From: Terriglobia bacterium
GTDB taxonomy: Bacteria; Acidobacteriota; Terriglobia; Terriglobales; Acidobacteriaceae
Direction of reading: 5' to 3'
Assembly: GCA_021324365.1 (NCBI GenBank)
Contig: JAJPJE010000030.1
Coordinates: forward strand, 12-64,011
DNA length: 64,000 nt
The notes below the pieces were generated by a model. The model made no database searches. It was not told the DNA's origin and saw only the letters and a list, made by a program, of their open reading frames with translations. The position numbers were made by a program, and so were the translations under genes. This document shows, in pieces, positions 36,497-46,308 of this stretch (positions within the stretch are counted from its first letter, which is position 1; each line of letters begins with the position of its first letter).

Positions 36497-37924
36497 ATGT
36501 CACAAACTGCAACTCTGAAAGCTGAGTCGATGCACACCGAAAAACGTGCGGTGGCGCAGAACTCCGTCTGGGCTGCGGTGGGGATAACCGGGCTGAAGAT
36601 TGTAGTGGGACTGAGTACCGGGAGCCTGGGTATTCTGTCGGAAGCGTTGCATTCTGGACTCGACTTGGTGGCCGCAGTAATCACGCTGTTTTCGGTGCGA
36701 GTTTCGGACAAACCTGCCGATGCCGAACATCAGTACGGGCACGCAAAATTCGAAAATTTCTCTGCCTTCCTGGAAACCGCCCTCCTGCTGATTACCTGTG
36801 CGTGGATTATATGGGAGGCCTTTAAGCGGCTGTTCTTCAAGGCTGTAGAAATCGAACCAAGCGTATGGGCCTTTGTTGTCATGTTCATCTCGATCGCCAT
36901 AGATGCGTGGCGCTCGAGGAAGCTGCAACGCATTGCGGATAAGTACGATAGCCAGGCTCTACACGCAGACGCGTTGCACTTTCGAACGGATATCTGGTCC
37001 AGCACGGTGGTGATTATTGGGTTGGTGCTGGTGTGGATCGGCGAGGATCTGAACATCGGCTGGCTACGCGTGGCCGACCCGATTGCGGCGCTGGCTGTCG
37101 CAGGTGTGGTCATCACGGTGAGTTGGCGTCTCGCACGCCAAACGCTGGATGCGCTGCTGGATGCTTCCCCGAGCGGTATACGGAGCCAGGTTATCAGCGA
37201 AGTGCTTCGCCAACCCGGCGTGATCGAGGTAGATCGGGTGCGCATTCGGCGAGCGGGGAATCACTATTTCGCCGATTTGACGGTTGGGTTCGGACGAAAT
37301 CTGACCTTTCAAAGGTCGGAACAACTGGCATCTGAAGTGGTGGCGACGGTTAAGCGCATCCTGCCGAATGCGGACGTGGTGGTCCATTCGACAGCCATTC
37401 CGCAAGGCGAAGAGAACTTTTTCGACCGCATACGCGCGGTAGCCTCTTCGAATAACCTGACGGTGCACGACATCAGTATTCAAGACGTGGATGGCCGATT
37501 GCATGTTGAGCAGCACCTGGAATTGAATGAGCGGCTATCGCTGAAGGAGGCGCACGACTTTGTAACGGTGCTGGAATCGGAGATTCGCGAAAAGGTACCG
37601 GAAGTATCGACGATCCTCACGCACATCGAGAGCGAGCTCGCGACAATCGAGACGGCCCACCATCTTGTACAGGAGCCCACCCTGGAGGGACGGTTGAAGG
37701 GCGTGGCGCGAGAGTTTTGTGAAGTGATCGACTTGCACGACTTCGAATTCAAACGTGTGGCCGGAAAACTCTATGTCTCGTGTCACTGCACCATGTCAGA
37801 TACCCTGCCGCTCTCGCAGGTGCACGATGTGATGACGTCGGTGGAGACGCGCTTCAAGCAGATCGATCCCGAATTGTTCCGGGTTCTGATCCATCCCGAA
37901 CCGCAGACCGATAATCTCCGTTGA
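36497..37924 (+). CDS. cation diffusion facilitator (CDF) transporter with three tandem cytoplasmic C-terminal domains
   Basis: 475 aa. The 6-TM CDF core carries SEALHSGLDLVA and HFRTDIWSS. Three successive ZT-dimer-like modules follow, ending ...VVVHSTAIP, ...ILTHIESE and ...VLIHPEPQ. Confidence 0.85.
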   Translation: MSQTATLKAESMHTEKRAVAQNSVWAAVGITGLKIVVGLSTGSLGILSEALHSGLDLVAAVITLFSVRVSDKPADAEHQYGHAKFENFSAFLETALLLITCAWIIWEAFKRLFFKAVEIEPSVWAFVVMFISIAIDAWRSRKLQRIADKYDSQALHADALHFRTDIWSSTVVIIGLVLVWIGEDLNIGWLRVADPIAALAVAGVVITVSWRLARQTLDALLDASPSGIRSQVISEVLRQPGVIEVDRVRIRRAGNHYFADLTVGFGRNLTFQRSEQLASEVVATVKRILPNADVVVHSTAIPQGEENFFDRIRAVASSNNLTVHDISIQDVDGRLHVEQHLELNERLSLKEAHDFVTVLESEIREKVPEVSTILTHIESELATIETAHHLVQEPTLEGRLKGVAREFCEVIDLHDFEFKRVAGKLYVSCHCTMSDTLPLSQVHDVMTSVETRFKQIDPELFRVLIHPEPQTDNLR

Positions 37925-37970
37925 CCTTCAGCAACTTGCTCCCGCCAGAGGTGCTCTGTATGCTCGGGGG

Positions 37971-38936
37971 GTGGTAAGCCCAACTCCAACAGGGGATGGC
38001 TGGAGGACGATTACACGCACTCCCTCGCTGATCTTGTGCGAGATCGCTTGGCGCTGGACCTTCGGTATCGCTATGTGGGCGGTGATTCTCTACATTCTGC
38101 TCCGTTCGCTGGGGCACGTGAGGATCACCGATGCGGAGATCAGGGTGATTCGCGCTTTCGATCCATACTCCACTGCGTACGTCCTGTTGCGAATCGTGAA
38201 TGCCATCGTGCCAGTGGTGCTGCGCGTGTCCGCCTATGCATTATTTCCGATGATCCTGCTTTGGATTGCGGCTGCCACTGTTGGGCGAGGGGCAACGTTG
38301 AAGGCGCTGCTCGGGGACGGTACAGCAATTCGTTGGAACGCGCTTGCCGGCGTTAATGTTCTGCGCGTGTTGGCACTGCTTTTGGCGGCTCTTGCATTCG
38401 TGGGATCATCGGTTCTCGTGGGAAGACTTTTTCGCGGCCAGCCCGACTTGATTGGGGTGGCGATCCTGCTAAGCCTTGGCATCGATCTGCTGATTGGATG
38501 TGTGTGGTCGATGCTGAACTGGTTCCTGACCCTGGCGCCGATTTTTATCGTCCGCGATGGAGTGGGGATATTTGACGCGTTTAGCGCGTCGCTCGGTTTG
38601 TTCCATGAGCGCTCTGGGCCTTACATGGGAGTGGCCGTTCTCCTTGGACTGGTGCGGCTGGCACTGATTGTGATCGTGAGCGTCGCGTCCATCATTCCAT
38701 TGGGCATGATTGGGAATTTCCCAGCACGCGGAATCATCGCGGTGAGCGTGGTGCTGGCGCTAGTCTACTGGGTACTGATGGATGCGGTGCAAATCTGGCG
38801 TATCGCAGCATACGTTTCACTGGCGCAGTATGAACCGGAGCCACCAGTAATGGAGCGTCCAGTGCTCGATCCGGTCGTGCCCGGTCCAGATGTGAACGCA
38901 GCGGAATCGCCACAGAATCCGGGAACTTCTTTCTAA
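37971..38936 (+). CDS. polytopic membrane protein, function unknown
   Basis: 321-aa ORF with about 7 hydrophobic segments and a Pro-rich C-terminal tail. Confidence 0.55.
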   Translation: MVSPTPTGDGWRTITRTPSLILCEIAWRWTFGIAMWAVILYILLRSLGHVRITDAEIRVIRAFDPYSTAYVLLRIVNAIVPVVLRVSAYALFPMILLWIAAATVGRGATLKALLGDGTAIRWNALAGVNVLRVLALLLAALAFVGSSVLVGRLFRGQPDLIGVAILLSLGIDLLIGCVWSMLNWFLTLAPIFIVRDGVGIFDAFSASLGLFHERSGPYMGVAVLLGLVRLALIVIVSVASIIPLGMIGNFPARGIIAVSVVLALVYWVLMDAVQIWRIAAYVSLAQYEPEPPVMERPVLDPVVPGPDVNAAESPQNPGTSF

Positions 38937-38971
38937 AGAATCGGTCGGGCAACATGTCTGCCTCAAATCGA

Positions 38972-39730
38972 CTATTCGCGTTCTTCTTCCAGGGACATGG
39001 GCCGGACTTGATCCAGCAGCATGATGGGCAGAAGCAAAAAACAGGGAATCAGGAGAGCACTCAGTTCCAGACGCTTTTTGAGGATGGCTCCTGCTGCTGC
39101 TCCGCCAACGTACGAAATCCAGATGAAAGCGAGGAAGGCGGAATCGCGGAAGTCTTTGTCACGAACCAGCCCGCGCGCCGAGACCTCACGTTCGTCATAG
39201 ACCCGAAAAATCCAGACTGAGAAACGCTGCGCGAACTTCGTCAGAGTGCCGGTAACAAAGGTTGTGTAGACGGTTAAGGGGCCGACCTTGGTCAAGGTCA
39301 CGGTTTGTGTTCCCATGGCGAAAGCCAGCACTGCGGTCAGCAGATAACGTATTTCGCTGTGCGAAGGAACGTGGCCGTCGCGAAGAAAGGGAGTGCCCAC
39401 GGGAACGGCAATCAGCAGCAGAAGGAACTCGATCAATAACGTCCAGGTCGCGACGGAGGCGACGTGGTGCCTTGCGCCGATTTCAATCAGGATGCGGGCA
39501 ATGATGAGACCGCTGACGTATGCCAGGACAGCGATTGCAGGAGCAATGAATTCATGGCGATTGACATCGACAGCAAACTGGCCGATGTGAACGCTGTTGC
39601 CGGTCATGTTGGCGGTGAAAATCTGGGCCAGTGCGATGTAGGCGACCACGTCCACGAACCCACCCACCCAGGTGAGTATGATTGCAATCCAGTGTTTGCC
39701 TTGGCGGGTGAGCGGTTTCTTTCTCTGCAT
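38972..39730 (-). CDS. YoaK-family (DUF1275) membrane protein
   Basis: 252 aa: WVGGFVDVVAYIALAQIFTANMTGNSV is the family signature. Confidence 0.8.
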   Translation of the reverse strand: MQRKKPLTRQGKHWIAIILTWVGGFVDVVAYIALAQIFTANMTGNSVHIGQFAVDVNRHEFIAPAIAVLAYVSGLIIARILIEIGARHHVASVATWTLLIEFLLLLIAVPVGTPFLRDGHVPSHSEIRYLLTAVLAFAMGTQTVTLTKVGPLTVYTTFVTGTLTKFAQRFSVWIFRVYDEREVSARGLVRDKDFRDSAFLAFIWISYVGGAAAGAILKKRLELSALLIPCFLLLPIMLLDQVRPMSLEEERE

Positions 39731-39848
39731 GATTCATGGAGTTGGATGCGGGGTTCGCTCCTACATCTGCCAAAAACAGGCAGATCTGGGGCACCAGAGC
39801 AGTTGACGCCTGGATAGCGTCAAGACAGCAGCTTTGCTAATCTAAGGC

Positions 39849-41405
39849 GTGCAAGCACCACAATCCATTGTTGTCCTGGATTTCGGTTCACAGTACACGC
39901 AGTTGATTGCCCGCCGAATCCGCGAGTTCAACGTTTTTTCTGTCGTCCTGCCTTGCACCGCCAAGCTCGAAGAAGTAATGAGCTATTCGCCGGTGGGTAT
40001 CATCTTGTCCGGCGGCCCAAGTTCCGTTTACGACGCTGACGCTCCCGCGATGGATGATCGTGTGCTGGCGGTGGCAGCAAAGCCACTGCTTGGCGTGTGC
40101 TACGGCCTTCAGGTGATGACCTACAAGCTCGGCGGGAAGGTGCGGCCGGCCGCGAAGCGTGAGTACGGACACGCGCAAGTTCAGATCGCCGACTCATCGC
40201 GGCTGTTCAAGGACCTGCCGAGCGAGATTTCCGTATGGATGTCGCATGGCGACGAAGCCGAGAGACTGCCGGCTGGGTTCAAGGAAGTTGCCCGCAGCAG
40301 CAATGCGCTGGCCGCGATGGAAAACCCCGAGCGCCACATGTGGGCTGTGCAGTTCCATCCCGAAGTTCATCACACACCATTGGGCAAGCAGATTTTGAAG
40401 AACTTCGTGTTCGATATCTGCGGTGCGCTGCCTAACTGGACTCCAGCGCAGTTCATCCTGGAAACGGTTGAGAACATTCGCAAGCAGGTGGGCGAGCATG
40501 GACGAGCCATCTGTGCGCTTTCGGGCGGCGTGGACTCGAGCGTAGCGGCAACGCTGGTCGATCGCGCAATGGGGAATCGGCTGACCTGCGTTTTCGTCAA
40601 CAACGGAGTATTGCGCAAAAACGAGTTCATGAAAGTCCAGCAGAATCTGCGCGACAAACTCGGATTGAATCTACGCGCGGTCGATGCGACCGATCGGTTC
40701 CTCAGCAAATTGAAGGGCGTGATCGAACCGGAGAAGAAACGCAAGATCATCGGGCGAGAGTTCATCGAAGTATTTGATGACGAAGCTCACTCGATCGAGC
40801 GCGAGCAGGGAAAAGTCGAGTGGCTGGTGCAGGGCACGCTTTATCCGGATGTGATTGAGTCCGTCTCGGTGCGCGGTCCATCGCAGACGATCAAGTCGCA
40901 CCACAATGTCGGTGGCTTGCCCGAAAAGATGAAACTGAAGCTGATCGAACCCCTCAAGGATCTGTTTAAGGATGAGGTGCGGCGCATCGGCAAAGATTTG
41001 GGAATGCCCGAAGATATTTTGCAGCGACAGCCGTTCCCGGGGCCGGGATTGGCCGTACGCATCCTCGGCGAAGTGACGCCGGAGCGGATTGCGATTCTCC
41101 AGGAAGCTGATGACATCGTTGTCACGGAGATCAAGAAAGCTGGGCTCTACAACCAGATCTGGCAGTCTTTCGCCGTGCTGTTGCCGGTCATGTCAGTCGG
41201 AGTGATGGGGGATCAGCGCACATATGCATACACCTGCGCGATCCGTGCGGTGCACTCGGAGGACGGCATGACAGCAGACTGGGTGCCGTTGCCGCATGAG
41301 GTGCTGAAGACGATCTCGAACCGCATGGTGAACGAGGTGCGGGGGATCAACCGCGTGGTGTATGACGTGACCTCCAAGCCGCCGGGAACGATTGAGTGGG
41401 AGTGA
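39849..41405 (+). CDS. guaA: GMP synthase (glutamine-hydrolysing)
   Basis: 518 aa with a GTG start. GATase part (GVCYGLQ, QFHPEV), ATP-PPase P-loop SGGVDSSV, C-terminal dimerisation domain ending PPGTIEWE. Confidence 0.95.
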   Translation: MQAPQSIVVLDFGSQYTQLIARRIREFNVFSVVLPCTAKLEEVMSYSPVGIILSGGPSSVYDADAPAMDDRVLAVAAKPLLGVCYGLQVMTYKLGGKVRPAAKREYGHAQVQIADSSRLFKDLPSEISVWMSHGDEAERLPAGFKEVARSSNALAAMENPERHMWAVQFHPEVHHTPLGKQILKNFVFDICGALPNWTPAQFILETVENIRKQVGEHGRAICALSGGVDSSVAATLVDRAMGNRLTCVFVNNGVLRKNEFMKVQQNLRDKLGLNLRAVDATDRFLSKLKGVIEPEKKRKIIGREFIEVFDDEAHSIEREQGKVEWLVQGTLYPDVIESVSVRGPSQTIKSHHNVGGLPEKMKLKLIEPLKDLFKDEVRRIGKDLGMPEDILQRQPFPGPGLAVRILGEVTPERIAILQEADDIVVTEIKKAGLYNQIWQSFAVLLPVMSVGVMGDQRTYAYTCAIRAVHSEDGMTADWVPLPHEVLKTISNRMVNEVRGINRVVYDVTSKPPGTIEWE

Positions 41406-41594
41406 GACAGCGTGGCGTCGATCAGAGTGTAAGGAGGGTTGAAATCTACGTCGAGGCGGAGCGCAGGGGGTCGAAGAGTCCTGGCACACAATCGGTATAA
41501 TCGAGAGAAGGTCTGATTCCGATCATTCGCAAATGGTAGGACCGGTCAGCTAGACAACTTGCGTTAGCGGTTTGTCGAGGAGTTGAAGACAGTT

Positions 41595-42362
41595 ATGGCG
41601 CTTTTTCGTACTTCCAATCCGGCGTTGAGTAATGACGCGTTCCGCAGCCAGGGCTATGCCGCAACTGGCGAAGCGATGACTGTGTCTGGCACGGTCAACA
41701 AGACAGGCATTCTGCTGATATGCACGGTGGCAACCGCGGCATGGACGTGGAATACGTTCCTGAATTCGCGCGATCCCGCCTCGGTAATGCCAATGGCTGC
41801 GATCGGTGCGATTGGCGGATTCATCGTCGCGCTGGTCACGGTGTTCAAGAAAGAATGGGCGATGGTCACCGCGCCGATTTATGCGCTGCTCGAAGGTCTC
41901 GTACTTGGCGCTGTCTCGGCGATCCTCGAAGTGCGTTTTCCGGGCATTGCGATTGAAGCCGTCAGCCTGACGTTTGGTGTCCTCGTGGTACTGCTTCTTG
42001 CGTACCGCTCCGGCCTGATTCGCGTGACAGAGAAGTTCCGCCTGGGCGTGATCGCCGCAACCGGCGCGATTGCGCTGTTCTATTTCGCCAGCTTCATCCT
42101 GAGCTTCTTTCACGTTCCGCTGTTCCGGTCGGCATTCGGATCGGGTGCGATCGGTATCGGATTCAGCGTCGTAGTGGTGATCATCGCGGCGCTTAATCTC
42201 GTGCTCGACTTCGACTTCATCGAGACCGGCGCGCGTATGGGTGCTCCGAAGTATATGGAGTGGTACGGCACGTTCGGCCTGATGGTGACGCTGATCTGGC
42301 CTCTACTTCGAAATCCTCCGGCTACTGGCCAAGGCACGCAGCCGGGACTAGTTACAATATGA
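41595..42362 (+). CDS. Bax-inhibitor-1 / YccA-family membrane protein; apparent 1-nt insertion near 42299 changes the last ~17 residues
   Basis: MALFRTSNPALSNDAFR..., 7 TM. As sequenced it ends ...LIWPLLRNPPATGQGTQPGLVTI*. The +1 frame from 42300 reads LYFEILRLLAKARSRD* (stop 42349-42351), which looks like the native family C-terminus. Confidence 0.75.
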   Translation: MALFRTSNPALSNDAFRSQGYAATGEAMTVSGTVNKTGILLICTVATAAWTWNTFLNSRDPASVMPMAAIGAIGGFIVALVTVFKKEWAMVTAPIYALLEGLVLGAVSAILEVRFPGIAIEAVSLTFGVLVVLLLAYRSGLIRVTEKFRLGVIAATGAIALFYFASFILSFFHVPLFRSAFGSGAIGIGFSVVVVIIAALNLVLDFDFIETGARMGAPKYMEWYGTFGLMVTLIWPLLRNPPATGQGTQPGLVTI

Positions 42363-42984
42363 AGATCCTGATCTTTGGGGCCAGCGGCGGGACTGGACGT
42401 GAACTGGTTCGTCAGGGACTTGCGGCTGGACACCAGGTGACAGCGTTCGTGCGTAATCCTGACAGTCTGGCCGAGGCTCCGGGCTTGCGAGTAGTGCAGG
42501 GCGATGTCTACGCCACGGTGCAGGTTGCGGCTGCCATTGAGGGGCAGAACGCAGTGTTGACCGCATTGGGGGCAAGAACCCTAGGTCGAAGCGATCTGCT
42601 GCAGAAAGCAAGCGCGAACATCATTGCCGGCATGAAGCGGCATGGGGTCAAGCGATTGATCGTGCTTGGAGCTGCGGGCGCGTATCGGGATGCAGCAAAG
42701 AACGGATCCTCACTGCAACGGTTTTTCTTGCAAGTGCTGAAGCACACTCTCCTAAAGCATCCTTTCATCAGTTCTGCAATTCAGCAACAGCAGGTTGAGT
42801 CAAGCGGACTCGACTTCACGGTGGTGCTCCGCCGCGTCTGACGAATGGTCCGGCCAAGGGCCAATATCGCATCGAGGTCGATGGACTTCCGCGGGGCGGG
42901 TCCACACTATCCCGCGCGGACCTGGCGGCGTTTATGCTGAAACAGCTGAACGATCCGACCTGGGTCGGTAAAACGCCTACGTAG
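42360..42984 (+). pseudogene. NAD(P)H-binding (atypical SDR / BVR-B-like) protein with an apparent 1-nt deletion near 42826
   Basis: MKILIFGASGGTGRELVRQGL... stops at 42841 (..DFTVVLRRV*). The next frame continues PPRLTNGPAKGQYRIEVDGLPRGGSTLSRADLAAFMLKQLNDPTWVGKTPT* (stop 42982-42984), the expected family C-terminus. Confidence 0.7.
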
Positions 42985-43255
42985 CGTACTGAAGCCAATT
43001 AATAATTGGGTAAAAATCCCTGTTCTGTGTGGGACCGAAAGCCGAAAGAGCTAAGGAAGAAATTTTGCGGACAGGAATATCCGCGATACAAACACTCGGC
43101 GCATTGCACGTGCCCACTTTAGCCGGGAGTGCCCAACCGGAGGCACCTTAGTAATCTGGCCGTGGGGGCTGCCCAGACTGCAATATATGGGCAGACTCGG
43201 TTAACTACTTGTGTAGTAACCAGTGGCCGGGCGAGTTTCTAAAGACTGCAAAGCA

Positions 43256-43810
43256 ATGATTTTCGAGAAGTTTGAGCTCCCAGAAGGCGAAGCCTGTACG
43301 GTCGAGAAAGTTGCAGCGGATCTTGCAAGAATCTTCGGCGTACGCAGGCATGAAGTGGCTATTCTCAGTCTGCATGGGCAGATTCTCAGGTTCCTGTATC
43401 CGGCTGAATTGAAGTCCGCAGGTGCGATTCCGTTATCGAGCCATGCGGTAGCGGCGCAGACGGCGAAGACCAAGCGTGCCGATCTGTTCAACAACTTTAC
43501 GATGCGGCGCCACAGCCGTCTATTTGAGCTCGTCAGCCTGGAGCAGGAAGCTGAAAAGAACCGCCAGGACACACAGATCATTCAGAAGCTCATGACTGCT
43601 CCGATCGTTGACCGCCACGGCGAAATTCTGGGCGTGGTACAGATCTCGCGTAAGGGGATTACGCCGAATGCGGCAGGTGCAGACTTTACCCCGGAAGAAC
43701 TTCATCAGCTGGAATATGCAGCGCGAATCGTGGCGACAGTCATGCCGCTGTTGAATTCCAGCGAGCCTTGGGCGCAGGTCGCGCCACAACCACAGGTTAC
43801 AACCCGATAG
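43256..43810 (+). CDS. stand-alone GAF-domain protein
   Basis: Track ORF is 43223..43810, with ATG at 43256 (MIFEKFELPEG...). ...LMTAPIVDRHGEILGVVQISRKG is a typical GAF C-terminal strand region. Confidence 0.7.
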   Translation: MIFEKFELPEGEACTVEKVAADLARIFGVRRHEVAILSLHGQILRFLYPAELKSAGAIPLSSHAVAAQTAKTKRADLFNNFTMRRHSRLFELVSLEQEAEKNRQDTQIIQKLMTAPIVDRHGEILGVVQISRKGITPNAAGADFTPEELHQLEYAARIVATVMPLLNSSEPWAQVAPQPQVTTR

Positions 43811-43901
43811 AGCTGTTGTCGTTCCGATCGAACGAGAGTTCGTGGGGATCGCAAGTTCCGATTTTTCGCAATCCCGAGCGAAACAGCGGTGCCTTCGAGT
43901 C

Positions 43902-44858
43902 CTAGTTGGCTGGGACGAAGTAGCCTTTGCGAGCGCGGACGATGATGCCCTTGTCGTTATGTGCGGTAATTTGAATGCGGCGATACCGGCCGTCAGCGAC
44001 GAAGTCCGCCGGCTTGTAAGAGAGAACGTACTGAGCGCGGAGTTCCGCCTCGATCTGCTTGAAATCATGGCTCACATTTTCGATCTTGCCGGGGAAGAAG
44101 ACGCGCCCGCCGGTTTCGTCAGCCAATTGGCGCAGAATGTTATCGCCGCGTGTTTGAATGTTGCTGTAGTTCGAACTGATGGCGTAGATGGTGACCTCGG
44201 CGTGATTGGCCGCGTCGATGAGCTGGCGGCGCGTGATCTCGCTCTGGTTATCCTCGCCATCGGTAATCAGGATAATGACGCGGCGAACCGGCGCCTGATC
44301 TCCTGAATCCATCAGCTCTTTCGTTGCAAGATTGACCGCGTCATAAACCGCGGAGCCTCCGCCAGCCGAGACGGTTTCGACGGCATTGCCGAGCTTGGCG
44401 GCGCTGTCGGTGAACCCCTGTGCGAGTGTGGGAGAAGACTTGAAGGTGACGACAATTCCTCTGTCCACTCCGGCGCGAAGCACCTGTTGAAAGAACTCAA
44501 TTGCGGCCTGCTGCTCGAAATTGAAACGGGATGTGATGGACGCGCTGGCATCGAGGACCAGGGCCACACGGAGCGGCAGGTTGGTTTCGCTCTGAAAATT
44601 CCTTAAAGCTTCGGGCGGTTTTCCGTCATCCAGCACGATGAAGTCGGAGGGGTGCAAATCGCGCAGATATTTTCCATGCTTCGTGGCCGTAAAAATAAGG
44701 TTGACCTCTTCCGTTCGGGCGTGGAACGTGGCCAACTGGTCTGCGGCCGCAGCATTTGATGCGCTCGCGACACTGGCATCCAGAACCTGCGCAGTCTGCG
44801 CATTACCAAATTCAGATAAGGTCAGTAAAACCAACAGCAGAGCGGCTTTGCGAAGCAC
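43902..44858 (-). CDS. VWA-domain protein, acidobacterial VWFA-related (TIGR03436-like)
   Basis: 318 aa with a signal peptide. N-terminal module EEVNLIFTATKHGKYLRDLHPSDFIVLDDGKPPEALRNFQ. VWA fold with MIDAS-like LVLDASASI. C-terminal ...YRRIQITAHNDKGIIVRARKGY. Confidence 0.8.
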   Translation of the reverse strand: MLRKAALLLVLLTLSEFGNAQTAQVLDASVASASNAAAADQLATFHARTEEVNLIFTATKHGKYLRDLHPSDFIVLDDGKPPEALRNFQSETNLPLRVALVLDASASITSRFNFEQQAAIEFFQQVLRAGVDRGIVVTFKSSPTLAQGFTDSAAKLGNAVETVSAGGGSAVYDAVNLATKELMDSGDQAPVRRVIILITDGEDNQSEITRRQLIDAANHAEVTIYAISSNYSNIQTRGDNILRQLADETGGRVFFPGKIENVSHDFKQIEAELRAQYVLSYKPADFVADGRYRRIQITAHNDKGIIVRARKGYFVPAN

Positions 44859-45063
44859 AATAACCCCTACAAACGGGAATACGACGAAGCGTACGAAAGA
44901 AGGCGAGGTCGGGGTAGAGCACTTCAGTACAGTGGTCAGCCAGAGGAGCCCGGGTACCTTCGCCCAAACAGCGCGTTACGGCCATTTTCGCCCGTTTTGC
45001 CGCGCCTGGGTACTAATCAGTTAGATTATCCCGATGGCGGAGAGGATTCGCGAGTGAGGCACG

Positions 45064-45774
45064 ATGACTGACACGGAAAACCTCGTCTTTTTGTTCGATG
45101 TAGACAACACCTTGCTGGACAATGATCGCGTCGCGCACGATTTGCGTCACTTTTTGATCCAGAACTTTGGAGTGGAACGCCAAAACTGCTACTGGCAGCA
45201 CTTTGAGCAACTCCGGAACGAACTAGGCTATGCGGATTACCTGGGAGCTTTGCAGCGTTACAGAGTTGAGTTCCCGCGCGATCCGCACATGCTCAAGGTT
45301 TCCGAGTTCCTGATCGACTATCACTTTGCTAACAGGTTATATCCGGGGTCGCTCGACGCAATTGAACGGCTGAAGCAGTGGGGGGCGACGGTGATTCTCA
45401 GCGACGGTGACGCGGTATTTCAGCCAAGGAAAGTGGAGCGTTCGGGACTATGGGATGCGGTCGACGGGCGCGTGCTGATCTATATCCATAAGGAGCAGAT
45501 GCTGGAAGACGTGGAGCAGCGCTATCCGGCGCGGCATTACGTCATGGTGGATGACAAGATTCGGATCCTGACAGCGATGAAGAAAATCTGGGGGAAGAGG
45601 TTGACTACGGTGTTCGTTGCCCAGGGACATTATGCAAACGACACGGCAGAGGTCAGCAAATACCCGCCAGCCGACGTGAGCGTGTTACGGATTGGGGAAC
45701 TTGCTACCGCGGAGTTACCGATGCTGGTGCGAGAGCCAGTCTCGCGAGAAAAGGATCTGGGGATGGTGGGGTAG
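45064..45774 (+). CDS. HAD-superfamily hydrolase
   Basis: 236 aa with motif I FLFDVDNTLLD, later SDGD and MVDDK. Confidence 0.7.
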   Translation: MTDTENLVFLFDVDNTLLDNDRVAHDLRHFLIQNFGVERQNCYWQHFEQLRNELGYADYLGALQRYRVEFPRDPHMLKVSEFLIDYHFANRLYPGSLDAIERLKQWGATVILSDGDAVFQPRKVERSGLWDAVDGRVLIYIHKEQMLEDVEQRYPARHYVMVDDKIRILTAMKKIWGKRLTTVFVAQGHYANDTAEVSKYPPADVSVLRIGELATAELPMLVREPVSREKDLGMVG

Positions 45775-45793
45775 AGGCACTGTTTGCTGTGGG

Positions 45794-46159
45794 CTATTTC
45801 ACTGCAACCTGTCCGGCGATACGATCGTATTCGCGAGAACTGAGGGCCCTTTTCCTTACCAGATCGTCGGGCGTGGCATAGGGGCGGTTGGCAATGATGC
45901 GGTCGGCTGCGGGCTCGCCGATTCCGGGCAGGGCCATGAGTTGATTCTTAGTGGCTTTATTAATGTCGACCTTGTTGCCGCGCGTCAGACCTTCCTTCAC
46001 ACCTTGCGCAACCGCGGTGGCGTCAGCTTTGATGTCCGCAGTTGCTTGCGCCGTCTTTTGACGGATCTCTTCAGGATTCTGCGATGGGCGGCTGCAGGCC
46101 ACAGGCAAAAATAATGCGCCAATCAAAATGGCAGCCAGAACGGTTCGAGACAAAGTCAT
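45794..46159 (-). CDS. ComEA-like helix-hairpin-helix DNA-binding lipoprotein
   Basis: 121 aa with lipobox LPVAC-S. C-terminal VDINKATKNQLMALPGIGEPAADRIIANRPYATPDDL. Confidence 0.75.
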   Translation of the reverse strand: MTLSRTVLAAILIGALFLPVACSRPSQNPEEIRQKTAQATADIKADATAVAQGVKEGLTRGNKVDINKATKNQLMALPGIGEPAADRIIANRPYATPDDLVRKRALSSREYDRIAGQVAVK

Positions 46160-46308
46160 AGGATTGTGAGATGCGGAGGGCGAGAGCCGGGATTGTCTAC
46201 CACTTTGAGATGGGCGGATACAGATGACGGACTGGCGGGCAAACTCACGTCACGTGGTATTTGGCGTCACATCATTCGCATGATGTGCTGGGATAGGAAT
46301 AGGCGCAG

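Noticed and set aside
39765-39823. Two 7-bp hairpins (ATCTGCC/GGCAGAT and TTGACGC/GCGTCAA) upstream of guaA, considered as a purine-responsive element.
   Set aside because: There is no resemblance to the purine riboswitch three-way junction. They are probably ordinary promoter-region structure in a divergent intergenic region.
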